A stretch of 64,000 bases of DNA. Origin: an uncultured delta proteobacterium (GTDB taxonomy: Bacteria; Myxococcota; Kuafuiibacteriia; Kuafuiibacteriales; Kuafuiibacteriaceae). The DNA is taken from contig CAWDML010000001.1 of the NCBI GenBank assembly GCA_963803435.1, positions 2,112,001-2,176,000 of the forward strand. The letters are read 5' to 3'. The notes beneath the pieces were generated by a model. That model saw only the letters and a list, made by a program, of their open reading frames with translations, was not told where the DNA came from and ran no database searches. Below are positions 41,024-52,922 of this stretch, piece after piece. The position numbers and the translations under genes were made by a program. How positions within the stretch are numbered: position 1 is the first letter of the stretch; every line of letters starts with the position of its first letter.

Positions 41024-41046
41024 GTTGACATCCGTAAAATGTCAAC
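41024..41046 (+). promoter_or_regulatory. Putative -35 (TTGACA) embedded in an 8-7-8 palindrome upstream of rpsU
   Basis: gttgacat-ccgtaaa-atgtcaac; strong SD (ggaggaggtga) downstream at ~41076-41086. Confidence 0.55.
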
Positions 41047-41099
41047 GCTATGCGGGCCAGTCCCCCGGGGACCCGGGAGGAGGTGAAATTGTGGAAACG

Positions 41100-41300
41100 A
41101 TGCCAGGAGTTCGAGTCAAAGAAGGTGAGTCCTTCGAGCGCGCCCTGCGCCGATTCAAGAAGCAGTGCGAGCGCGCCGGCATCCTCGGTGAGATCCGCAA
41201 GAGGGAGTATTACGAAAAGCCCTCCGTTCGCCGCAAGAAGAAGGCAGCCGCCGCCCGGAAGCGTCTTCTCAAGAAGATGAAGAAGGAAGGCAACATGTAG
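41100..41300 (+). CDS. rpsU: 30S ribosomal protein S21 (alternative start GTG 41091)
   Basis: [24 protein letters not shown]...[10 protein letters not shown]; upstream of dnaG-rpoD. Confidence 0.96.
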   Translation: MPGVRVKEGESFERALRRFKKQCERAGILGEIRKREYYEKPSVRRKKKAAAARKRLLKKMKKEGNM

Positions 41301-41317
41301 ACGAATTTCGATCCGCT

Positions 41318-41354
41318 CCCGGGGGTTCTTTCGGTTCGGTCCGGCCCCCGGGGC
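41318..41354 (+). terminator. GC hairpin between rpsU and dnaG
   Basis: cccggggg...cccccggg inverted repeat, at the position of the rpsU-dnaG terminator in the macromolecular synthesis operon; no clear U-tail. Confidence 0.45.
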
Positions 41355-41366
41355 AAGCAGGCGTCC

Positions 41367-43151
41367 TTGGTCCAGGTCTCAACGGAAAAAATCGCGGAGA
41401 TTCGCGACCGAATCGGGATCGAAGAGGTCGTGGGTCGCGCGGTGCAATTGACCCGCCGCGGACATCGGCTGGTCGGGCTCTGCCCGTTTCACTCCGAGAA
41501 GACGGCCAGCTTCACCGTGAGCCCCGAGAAGGGCCTGTACCACTGCTTTGGGTGCAAGGCCGGCGGCGACATCTTCCACTTCGTCATGGCCACCGAAGGC
41601 GTCGAGTTTCCGGAGGCGATCCGGCTGTTGGCCGACCGCGCCGGCGTGACCCTGCCGGAGCGCGAGGAGTCGCCGCGCGAGCGGGCCGAGCGGCAGAAAA
41701 AAGAGCGGCTGTTCGCAGTCAACGCGGAGGCGGCGACGTACTACCAGCGGATGCTGGAGCGGACCCCGGACGCCCAGCGCTACCTGCTCGAGGAGCGCGG
41801 CCTGACGAAGCTGGCGATCCAGGAGTTCCGGGTGGGTTGGGCGCCGGCCGGGTGGCAGAACCTGGTCGAGTTTCTGGCCAGCCGGAGCCTCCCGGTCGAC
41901 GATGCCCTCGAGGTCGGCCTGCTGGGCAAGAGCGTCAAGGATGGCCGGCCGTACGATCGGCTGCGGGGACGCGTGATCTTCCCGATCGAGCTGCCCGAGG
42001 CCGGTGGTGGGCGCGGTGGGCCGAAGCTGGCGGGCTTCGGGGCCCGGCGCGCCGACTGGGTCGATCCCGAGGGTCCGAAGTACCTGAACTCGCCCGAGAG
42101 CCCGATCTACGAGAAATCGACCATCCTCTACGGCCTCCACCTGGCGCGGGACGAGATCCGCCGGAAGCGCCGGGCGATCATGGTGGAGGGCTACCTCGAC
42201 GTCATCGGCATGGTCATGGGCGGCTTCCGGGAGACCGTCGCGGCCTGCGGCACCGCCCTCACCCGCCACCACGCGAAGATGCTGCGCAAGCTCGCGCCCG
42301 AGGTCCTCACCTGCTACGACGGCGACGACGCGGGGCGCGAGGCCACCCGAAAGGCGGCGGAGCTCCTCCTGTCCGAGGGTCTCACCGTTCGGGTGGTGGA
42401 GATGCCCGAGAGCCTCGATCCCGACAGCTTCATCCAGAGGCACGGAGCCGAATCTCTGAAAAAACTCGTTGACGAAGCACCGTCCGCCATCGACTTGTTC
42501 CTCCGTCGAGCGCGGGCGGCACACGCTGGGGGCGGCGTCGCGGGTACGACCAAGGCCATGGAAGCGGTCAAACCATTGATCCTGGCGATCAGGGACCCCC
42601 TGGAGCGCGATGTGTCGCTCTCGGCGTGCGCGCGCCAGCTCGGGATCGACGTGGGGGTGCTCCGGCGCCACCTGGCCTCGAAGGAGCCCCTCCCGGCCCG
42701 GGCGGCGCCCGCGCCACAAACTCGCGCGCTGAGCTTCCCCGTCGTAGAGACGGAGCTCTTGAAAATGCTCTTGGAATCACCGGCGGAAGTGATACGCGCG
42801 CTGGACGAGCGGCAGGCGCGAAACGCGTTCACCAGCCCTGCCATCCAGGCCGCGATGGACGCCGCCATTGCCGCGCATGAGACGGGTGCGTCCTACGATG
42901 CTCCCCGAGCGCTCGACGCGATGCGACAGGCCGTGGATCTCGACGAGGCGACCCTGGCCACCCTGCGGCAGACGCTCGTCGAGTCGCGGCCGGAGAAGGA
43001 AGACCTTTCGGCGTGCGTGACACGCCTCCTCAAAGCGCACCGGGAGCAGGAGCTCCGCGCGCTCAAGAAGCGGATCGAACAGGAAACGAATCCAGAGATC
43101 GTTCGGGAGCTCGCGATGGAAGCGAGCCGTCTGATGGCGACGCGCGGTTGA
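41367..43151 (+). CDS. dnaG: DNA primase
   Basis: CHC2 zinc finger CPFHSEKTASF...HCFGC, KYLNSPES, TOPRIM VEGYLD and YDGDDAG, DPD. Confidence 0.96.
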   Translation: MVQVSTEKIAEIRDRIGIEEVVGRAVQLTRRGHRLVGLCPFHSEKTASFTVSPEKGLYHCFGCKAGGDIFHFVMATEGVEFPEAIRLLADRAGVTLPEREESPRERAERQKKERLFAVNAEAATYYQRMLERTPDAQRYLLEERGLTKLAIQEFRVGWAPAGWQNLVEFLASRSLPVDDALEVGLLGKSVKDGRPYDRLRGRVIFPIELPEAGGGRGGPKLAGFGARRADWVDPEGPKYLNSPESPIYEKSTILYGLHLARDEIRRKRRAIMVEGYLDVIGMVMGGFRETVAACGTALTRHHAKMLRKLAPEVLTCYDGDDAGREATRKAAELLLSEGLTVRVVEMPESLDPDSFIQRHGAESLKKLVDEAPSAIDLFLRRARAAHAGGGVAGTTKAMEAVKPLILAIRDPLERDVSLSACARQLGIDVGVLRRHLASKEPLPARAAPAPQTRALSFPVVETELLKMLLESPAEVIRALDERQARNAFTSPAIQAAMDAAIAAHETGASYDAPRALDAMRQAVDLDEATLATLRQTLVESRPEKEDLSACVTRLLKAHREQELRALKKRIEQETNPEIVRELAMEASRLMATRG

Positions 43152-43168
43152 GGATCGGGAAGAGATAG

Positions 43169-45820
<2,652 letters not shown>

Positions 45821-45828
45821 AGGTCCGT

Positions 45829-46674
45829 TCAGGACGTCTTGGGCGCGTTGCCCTGGAGCGCGAAGTAGATGATCGGGACGGGATCCGCGTTCGCCTTCAC
45901 GCGCTCGTCACGCCCGGCCAGGCGCAGGAGGCCGTTGAACAGCAGCGACCAGACACGGCTGTTGTCCTTGAGGGCCGCCATCCCCAGGAACACGCCGCTG
46001 CCGGGCTTGCCGACCTCGCGCATCTCGTCGTGCACGCAGTTGACGCCGGTGAGCTTGTTCAACCGATCGTCCGGAGTTCCGTAGTCGAGGCGGATCACCT
46101 GCGCGCCGTCGCCGTCGAACTTGCGACCCAGCTTGCTGTCGACGACGTCCCAGTTGAAGTTGAAGATCCAGCCGCCGAAGACGCTGTTGTTGCCGGTGCC
46201 CTCGTGGCCCTCGCCCGGGCGCTCGAGCGTCCGCTTGCCGGCCCAGGGATGCCAGGTGGTCATGATCCACGAGACGAAGCGGCCGAAGCGTGTGCCGTCG
46301 TGATGCGGTGCCGCCAGATCCGTGCCGCGCATCTGGCCGTTGAAGCGCGCCCCCTCGGGCGCGTGGCCGGTCTCGAACAGGGCATGGAGCACGTCGGAGC
46401 GGAGGCCCTTGAGATCGTTGATGTCGGTGATCAGACGATCGAGCTTGCCGCGCTTGGCCAGCGTCCGAACCTCGCTCGGGGACAGCGCGTTCAGCTGCTC
46501 GAGCCGGGTGATCGACGGGAGCTCCCGGGCCCCGTACCGGCCCTGCTCGACCGGGCGACCCCACGGCTCTTCATACCGGATCTGAACGGCACCCGAGGTC
46601 GGGCACGCCTCACCGACGGTAGAGCCGACCGGCGGTTCGGTGGCTGGCTGGGTTCGTTGCGCCGGGGTGACCAT
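45829..46674 (-). CDS. Hypothetical protein, possibly a lipocalin-like beta-barrel
   Basis: Clean ORF with LF..G.AP, WAGK, G.N, IRLDY, DEMREV..GVFLG and YFAL motifs. The fold assignment is an inference. Confidence 0.6.
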   Translation of the reverse strand: MVTPAQRTQPATEPPVGSTVGEACPTSGAVQIRYEEPWGRPVEQGRYGARELPSITRLEQLNALSPSEVRTLAKRGKLDRLITDINDLKGLRSDVLHALFETGHAPEGARFNGQMRGTDLAAPHHDGTRFGRFVSWIMTTWHPWAGKRTLERPGEGHEGTGNNSVFGGWIFNFNWDVVDSKLGRKFDGDGAQVIRLDYGTPDDRLNKLTGVNCVHDEMREVGKPGSGVFLGMAALKDNSRVWSLLFNGLLRLAGRDERVKANADPVPIIYFALQGNAPKTS

Positions 46675-46727
46675 GTATGTCCATATCGGCAGATGTACGT
46701 AGACGTTGTGCCGATCGGCGGGCGCCG

Positions 46728-46762
46728 TTGACAGACCTCTGGACGGAATGACATGTCATTCC
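46728..46762 (+). promoter_or_regulatory. TTGACA -35 plus perfect 18-bp palindromic operator upstream of the TetR gene
   Basis: ttgaca 46728-46733; GGAATGACATGTCATTCC 46745-46762 is self-complementary and ends 6 nt before the TetR ATG. Confidence 0.7.
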
Positions 46763-46768
46763 TCACCG

Positions 46769-47374
46769 ATGGTGGCGGACCGAAAGGAGAAACGACGGAC
46801 GCAGATCCTGGAGGGCGCCGCCCAGGCCTTCGCGCAAAACGGCTTCGGTGGGACGCAGATCGCCGACATCGCCAAGCACCTGGGCATCGGCCACGGCACC
46901 GTCTATCGCTACTTCCGGGACAAGACGGACGTGTTCCGCGCGGTCCTCGGGGACGCCCTCGCCAAGGTCGGGGCCGCGCTGGTGGAAGAGGCGCCGGCCG
47001 CCGAGAGCCTCGCCGCCTACGAGGCGCAGGTGGAGCGGATCGCCGTCCGATTGTTCGAGCTGGTCGAGAACGACCGCGACGCGGCGCGCCTGATCTTCGA
47101 GGAGGCCACCTCGGTCCGCGAGCTGGCGGAGGAGCACGCCGCGGCCATGGATGCCTTCGCGGGCATGACCGCCGCGTATCTGATCCACGGCCAGGAGAAG
47201 GGCTTCCTTCGCGACGACTTCAATCCTGAGCTCGCCGCCCGCGCGATCAACGCGATGATCTTCGAGGGTGCGCGACACATCCTGCGCGCGGAGGACGGCC
47301 GCGCGGCGCTCGAGCTCTGGTCGCAGGAGATCGGGCGCCTGTTCATTCGCGGCATCGCCAAAGAGGAGAAGTGA
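46769..47374 (+). CDS. TetR/AcrR family transcriptional regulator
   Basis: RRTQILEGAAQAFAQNGFGGTQIADIAKHLGIGHGTVYRYFRDK HTH. Confidence 0.92.
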   Translation: MVADRKEKRRTQILEGAAQAFAQNGFGGTQIADIAKHLGIGHGTVYRYFRDKTDVFRAVLGDALAKVGAALVEEAPAAESLAAYEAQVERIAVRLFELVENDRDAARLIFEEATSVRELAEEHAAAMDAFAGMTAAYLIHGQEKGFLRDDFNPELAARAINAMIFEGARHILRAEDGRAALELWSQEIGRLFIRGIAKEEK

Positions 47375-47375
47375 C

Positions 47376-48221
47376 ATGGTTCAGGTCGACGTCTTTTGGA
47401 GTTACGCCCTGGGCGCGGGCTTCGCGATCACGCACGCATGGCAGCTCGAGGCGGAGCGCAAGGCGCAGCGGAGCCCGTTCGATCACCGCTCCTTCCGAGA
47501 CACGATCCTGTTCCTCGCCTGCGTCTTCGTCCCCTCGGGCGCATACCTGGTCTGGGCGTTCCCGTCGTGGGAGACGATGCACGTCGGCGATCGGAACATG
47601 CCGGCCTGGCTGATCACGCTCTTCTCCCTCACGAACGTCACCCAGGGCCTGCTCGGCTACGCGGTGGTGGCCTGGCTCCTGGCGCGCGGCCGACGCTACC
47701 TCGCGTACCTGCAGTGGGTGCTCGGCTACTTCCTGATGTTCTTCATCCTCGTACACGGTTGGGACGGCACGGGTTACGTGCGGTTCTTCTCCGAGACACG
47801 CGCCCAGATCCCCGGCTGGACCTGGAGCACGGCCGGCGCCTGGCTGGTCTGTCCGGTCGCGATCTCGCTGTACGTCATGGGCATCTTCCTGATGCCGGCC
47901 ATGTTGCGAATGATGGGCGGCGGCGTGGAGCGCGGCCTGGCGATGGCCGGCCTGGAGCCCAAGAGCCGCCACCTGATCGCCTTCTCGGTGGTCGCGATGG
48001 CTCTGACGGGTGTGCTCGGAATGGCCATCCTCGCGAGCGTGTCGATCCGCGTTCTGGGACCCTGGCTGGGGGTGCCGGCGTTTGCGGTGATCGCCTGGGC
48101 GATCGGGCTTCGCACCGGCGGCATCTTCCACAGGCATTTTCGGCAGCTGGTCCACGGCGAGCCCTTCCTGAAGCGCAGCTCCCGGGCGATGCCCAGCACC
48201 GAGGCGGCGAGCTCGGTCTGA
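47376..48221 (+). CDS. Hypothetical integral membrane protein (MVQVDVFWSY...)
   Basis: About 7 hydrophobic segments; FPSWETMH and HGWDGTGY motifs; SD gaggag; directly after tetR. Confidence 0.75.
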   Translation: MVQVDVFWSYALGAGFAITHAWQLEAERKAQRSPFDHRSFRDTILFLACVFVPSGAYLVWAFPSWETMHVGDRNMPAWLITLFSLTNVTQGLLGYAVVAWLLARGRRYLAYLQWVLGYFLMFFILVHGWDGTGYVRFFSETRAQIPGWTWSTAGAWLVCPVAISLYVMGIFLMPAMLRMMGGGVERGLAMAGLEPKSRHLIAFSVVAMALTGVLGMAILASVSIRVLGPWLGVPAFAVIAWAIGLRTGGIFHRHFRQLVHGEPFLKRSSRAMPSTEAASSV

Positions 48222-48268
48222 CGCAGCGCTGCGTGATCGACGACCGCATTTGATCGCATACTGGGGCC

Positions 48269-48736
48269 GTGCCGGGCCTGACGATCGACGGTCTCGCCTT
48301 CGAGGCTCCGGTCAGCCTCGCCTACGAGGAGTCGATGGTCACGCTGAGCACGCCGAACGCGGCGATCGACGATCGTCGGATTCTAAACCGACGCCCGCCG
48401 GTTCACACCAACCTGGTCGTGCGCCGACGTAAGGCACGCGAGGGCTCGACGATCGATGAGGTCGCGGGTCAGATGCGCGCTGAGCTCACCAAGAGCCTCG
48501 CCGGGCTCGACTGTCTCGAGAGCAGCGCGTTCGCGTTCAGTGACGGCACCAGCGGGATCCTGATCGCGTACCGCTTTCCCGCCGCCGAATCGATCGTGCT
48601 GCGCCAATACCACGCGCTCCGACTCGACGGAGATCGAATCACCACGATGACCTTGACCGCCGACGACGGCGCCTTCCCGGATGACGAGCGCGATCGCTGG
48701 CTCGCGTGTCTCGCCTCCACACGGTTGGAGCGATGA
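48269..48736 (+). CDS. DcrB-related (DUF1795/Mog1-PsbP-like) protein
   Basis: 155 aa; NLVVRR, LRQY, ITTMTLT, WLACLAS pattern resembling the DcrB/EagR family. Family assignment from recognition only. Confidence 0.6.
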   Translation: MPGLTIDGLAFEAPVSLAYEESMVTLSTPNAAIDDRRILNRRPPVHTNLVVRRRKAREGSTIDEVAGQMRAELTKSLAGLDCLESSAFAFSDGTSGILIAYRFPAAESIVLRQYHALRLDGDRITTMTLTADDGAFPDDERDRWLACLASTRLER

Positions 48737-50614
48737 AGATCCGGATTCCTGGGACCGAGGCCCGCCCTCCTGTCGATCGATCGCTGCCGGCCGATGAGGG
48801 CGGACCGACTTCGACGGTCCCCGACGCCCGGCCGAATCATCTGCGCGGCGTGCTGAGCCGGATGGCCAGGTCAGGGATCCGTCTCCTGCTCGGCAGCTCG
48901 CATACTCGATCCGCGAACGCGGGGGCCCGGGTGGCGCTCGGGGGCGAGCCGTCGCACCTGGAGCCGGTTTGGGAAGGGGCGGCCCTCGCCTTGCCGGAGT
49001 CGGCGCCCGGCACGGACGACCCGCGGTTGTCCGCGCGACAGCTCAACGCGCTCGCCGACGACGTCTTCGAGGCGCTCCACGGCGGCGGCATGCTGCGGAT
49101 GTTCGGAGCGCGCCGAGCCGCGACCGGCGGGCTCTTCGAGGCGCTCCAGCGGTTGCCCGCCGCTCAGGCGAAGGACCTCCGCGAGGTGTACCGCCAGCGG
49201 CATGGCGAGGATGTGGTGACGGATTTGAGGCGGGAGCACCGGCTCGGCTCGGAGTCCACGCGACGCGCCGAGGCTTACCTCCTCGGACACCGCGCGCTCG
49301 GCGATGCGATGGGCCTCTACCAGGCATTCGACGCGGGCGACGGGGACAAGGCGATCGCGCTGCTCTCGGGGGGCGACGCCGTGCGCAACCGGACGCTGAT
49401 GGAGACGTACGCCCGCCACTATGGACGCGACCTCGAGTATGACCTGCGCGGCTTCGCGGTCGATCTGAAGGGTCCGATCGATGCGGAGGGCTTTTCGCTG
49501 ACCCTGCGGGGGCTGCACGGGGAGCGGCTGGCCGAGGCCTACCGCTGCTTGCACGGGCCGCGCCTCGCGATCGCGGCCGCTCGAATCGCGGAGCTCACCG
49601 GGACCGAGCCCGCGTCGACACCCGCGGGCAAGCGAAGCGCGCAGCGAGCCCCTGCGAGCGAAGTCGGGTGCGACGGCTTCGCCGGAGCGGGCGCCGCGGG
49701 CACACGAGAGATCTATGGCCTGCTGGCGCGTGCGGGCGGTGAGGAGCGGACGCTGCTCGCCGAGCTCTACCGAGCCAGAACAGGACGCGATCTGGTCGAG
49801 ACCCTGCGGCCGGTGTTCGCGGCCGCTGCGGCGGCGGATTCGATCGATCGACACGCCACCGGAGAAGACGGTCGCGGTGGTGGTGAGCTCGGGAAACTGG
49901 CGCGCGCTCCTCGAAGGTACCGAGGACCGGCACATCGGTGGCTATCACTGGCGCGAGGTCGAGGCCTACGTGAAGGAGGCGCTCGATCGCGGATACACGC
50001 CGGTGTTCTTCACCCCGGAGGGCCTTCCGCCCTCCCCCGACGCGCTCTCGCTGCTGTTGGGGAAGCTCGGCCCGAAGCTCGGGTTCGGGCTGGCTGCGGG
50101 CACCGGGCCCTTCGACTCTCGGCAGGGCGCCGCGATCATGGAGGGCTTCCTGGCGCCGCACTCGCTGGCGCGCTTCGATCCGTCGCGCTTCGCCAGCATT
50201 CACGTGGCCGGCGGGCACGGGTCGCACCACGATCTGGTCGGCAATCCGCTGGTCGAGCGGGCGGTCACCGCGATCCACGACGAGAACAAGCCGGTGACCG
50301 CGGTCTGTCACGCGACGCCGAGCCTGGGCCGGCTGCTGGCAGGCGGCCCCGCCACTGGGTTCTCGCCGGAGCTCGACGCGATCATGCTGAAGGCCGGCTA
50401 CGTACTCCCCGAGTTCCAGCCCACCTACGACGCGCACCAGGGCCTCATCGACGCCGGCGCCGATTTCCACCTGATCGATCGGGCGCAAGCGTTCGCGAAC
50501 ATCCATCATACCGAGGTCGACCGCCGGCCGGGCCGAGCGCCGGTGATCACGGGAACCGGTCCGGAGGCCACCGACGACGTCGCGCGCCTCGTATTCGATC
50601 TGCTCGCGAAGTAG
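48733..50614 (+). CDS. Annexin-like repeat protein apparently fused to a DJ-1/PfpI (Hsp31-like) domain, frameshift near 49815-49852
   Basis: Three annexin-like motifs LREVYRQRHGEDVVTDLRRE, LMETYARHYGRDLEYDLR, LAELYRARTGRDLVETLR; then GYHWRE, AGGHG, AVCHA, ITG.GP in the 49715..50614 frame. Confidence 0.65.
49628..49695 (-). repeat. Single inverted copy of the 72-bp kinase repeat unit
   Basis: Its reverse complement matches the 12399 unit at 60 of 68 positions in a manual ungapped alignment. Confidence 0.9.
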
Positions 50615-50623
50615 TATCGGGCC

Positions 50624-52108
50624 GTGAAGGCTGTCGCGGAGCTGGAGGCGCTGTGCCAGCGCCACCGCCTGCGTCGCGACTATCCCGAGGCCGTCATGCG
50701 CGAGGTCGAGGCGATCACGCGCGCGCCCGGCATCGACGATCCGGAGCTCCTCGATCTCACGGGCGGTGCGTTCGTCACGATCGACAACGACGATTCCCGC
50801 GATCTCGATCAAGCGATGCTCCTCGAGCGCACTGAGGGCGGCTATCGCATCGACTATGCGCTCGCGGATGCATCGTACTACGTCCGGCCCGGCACCGCGC
50901 TCTTCGACGAGGCCCTCCTCCGCGGCGCCACCTACTACCTGCCGGCCTTCTCGGTGCCGATGCTCCCTCCGGAGCTGTCGGAGGGACTGGTCTCTCTCAA
51001 CGAGGAGCGAACGCGCCGCGCCTTCGTGATCCGGATGCATCTCGACGCACGCGCCGAGCCCACGCGTACCGAGTTCGTACGCGCGCGCATGCGGAGCCGC
51101 CGAAAGCTCACCTATGCCGGCGTTCAGCGCTACTACGAAGGCGACCGCACCCTCGACGGAGAGGGCTTCACGGAGACGCTCGACCTCCTGGCCGAGGTCG
51201 GCACCACGCGGATCCGGGCCAAGGAGGCCCGCGGGGTCGCCGAGTACGATCGGCTGGAGACCGAGATCGGGATCAGCAAGAGCGAAGGCGGCTTCACGAT
51301 CGAGGCCCGTCCCCGCAACGACACCGAGAAGTACAACGAGCAGATCAGCCTGCTGTGCAACATGGAGGGGGCGCGCTTCCTCCGCGATCGATCCGCTGCC
51401 CACGTCCAGCCGATCTACCGCGTCCACGGCAGCCCACCGACCTCGCGCATTCGCGATCTCGCCGAGCGGATCGAGGAGCTGATCGAGGTCCGGCACCTCG
51501 ACCCGCGCGTCTGGCGCTGGGAGCCGGAGACCGAGACCATCGGGGAGTATCTGGGACGCCTCCCCGACGACAACGGGGTCGCCCGCGCGATCCACCGCCA
51601 GGCCGTCGTCGTGAACAACCCGTCGCTGTTCTCCTCGGAGGTCGGCCCGCACTACGGGATCGGCGCGGACGAATACAGCCGCTTCTCTTCGCCGATGCGC
51701 GAGATCGTCGGGATCTATACGCACAAGGAGGCGCTGGAGAAGATCGCCGGCGAAGGCGTGGTCGATCCGGAGCTGCGCGACCTGGTCATCGAGGCAGGCA
51801 ACCGCGCCCGTGCGCTCCAGAACCAGATCGACAAGGAGGCGAAGCTCCTGGTGATCGACCAGGTGCTGCGCGGGGATCTCGATCGCGCGCCCACGGACCG
51901 GCCGGCCCGCTCCGGCCATGTCCTCGGTGTGAGCCAGACGAAGATCTACGTCGAGCTCGACGATCCCCCGCTCGAGGTGAAGGTGTACCTGGAGGACCTG
52001 GGGCTGGCGTTCTCGCCGCAGCGCTTCGCTCTGGGCGATCGGATCCGGCTCGTGGTCGCGGGCTTCGACCCCGCCCGCAGCCGCTGGACGTTCTCGCTGG
52101 TCGGGTGA
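50624..52108 (+). CDS. RNB domain exoribonuclease (RNase II/R family)
   Basis: FVTIDNDDSRDLDQA, EALLRGATYYLP, PMLPPELS, IYRVH, HYGIG...YSRFSSPMR. Confidence 0.88.
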   Translation: MKAVAELEALCQRHRLRRDYPEAVMREVEAITRAPGIDDPELLDLTGGAFVTIDNDDSRDLDQAMLLERTEGGYRIDYALADASYYVRPGTALFDEALLRGATYYLPAFSVPMLPPELSEGLVSLNEERTRRAFVIRMHLDARAEPTRTEFVRARMRSRRKLTYAGVQRYYEGDRTLDGEGFTETLDLLAEVGTTRIRAKEARGVAEYDRLETEIGISKSEGGFTIEARPRNDTEKYNEQISLLCNMEGARFLRDRSAAHVQPIYRVHGSPPTSRIRDLAERIEELIEVRHLDPRVWRWEPETETIGEYLGRLPDDNGVARAIHRQAVVVNNPSLFSSEVGPHYGIGADEYSRFSSPMREIVGIYTHKEALEKIAGEGVVDPELRDLVIEAGNRARALQNQIDKEAKLLVIDQVLRGDLDRAPTDRPARSGHVLGVSQTKIYVELDDPPLEVKVYLEDLGLAFSPQRFALGDRIRLVVAGFDPARSRWTFSLVG

Positions 52109-52115
52109 GCGGCCG

Positions 52116-52922
52116 TCAGGCGCGCGCCAGCTCGAAGAGGTGGACGTCCCCCTCGCGGGCGCGTTCGCGTTTGACGCGACGGAAGCCGCGGGCGTCGGTG
52201 TACCGATAGAACTCGTGCTCGTCGACGAGCTTCTCGTGGAGCTGACCGACAATCACGTCGACGCGGTCCAGCTGGTCGCCCAGACCCATGAGGACGTCGA
52301 GCTCGCTCCCTTCGACGTCGAGCTTGAGGACGTCGACGCAATCGACGGCGCTCTCGCGGAGATAGTCGGCGAGCGTGAGGCAGGGGACCTCGATGGCACG
52401 GGAACCCGCGGAGGGGTCCTTGATCGAGTGGAGGGCGCCGTGGACCGCGACGTGGAGCCGGACCGCCCCACGCGCCTTGCCCACGGCGGCCTGGGTCACG
52501 GCGACGTCGCTGCGGGCGCCGCAGTTCAGCTCGAGGAAGCGGAAGTTGCGCGGCTCGGGCTCGAAGGCGTGAACCCGCGCGCCCGGCCAGCGCCCGAGGA
52601 ACCAGATCGCGGACAGACCGATGTTCGCTCCGCAGTCGATGACCACCGGGTTCCTCGGAAGCGGCGTTTGGATCGCGTAGTCCCGGTCGAAGAAGATCCC
52701 CGAGAGCGTGAAGATGTCGCACTTCCGCATGGTGACGGGGAAGGCGAGGTCAAAGAGACACAGCTGGAACGAGACCTCGGAGGCGTCGTTGGGATCGCGG
52801 GTGATGCCCGCGTAGCAGGAGAGCAGGGCGGCCCGAGATCGGAGGTCCTTGGTCAGCCGCATGCTGAGATCGGCCGCCTCCAGGGCGCGCCGGATCTTCC
52901 TCTTGACGAGGTCTCTCAGCAT
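52116..52922 (-). CDS. FkbM family methyltransferase
   Basis: VIDCGANIG, AFEPEP, VLKLDVEGSE. Confidence 0.9.
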   Translation of the reverse strand: MLRDLVKRKIRRALEAADLSMRLTKDLRSRAALLSCYAGITRDPNDASEVSFQLCLFDLAFPVTMRKCDIFTLSGIFFDRDYAIQTPLPRNPVVIDCGANIGLSAIWFLGRWPGARVHAFEPEPRNFRFLELNCGARSDVAVTQAAVGKARGAVRLHVAVHGALHSIKDPSAGSRAIEVPCLTLADYLRESAVDCVDVLKLDVEGSELDVLMGLGDQLDRVDVIVGQLHEKLVDEHEFYRYTDARGFRRVKRERAREGDVHLFELARA

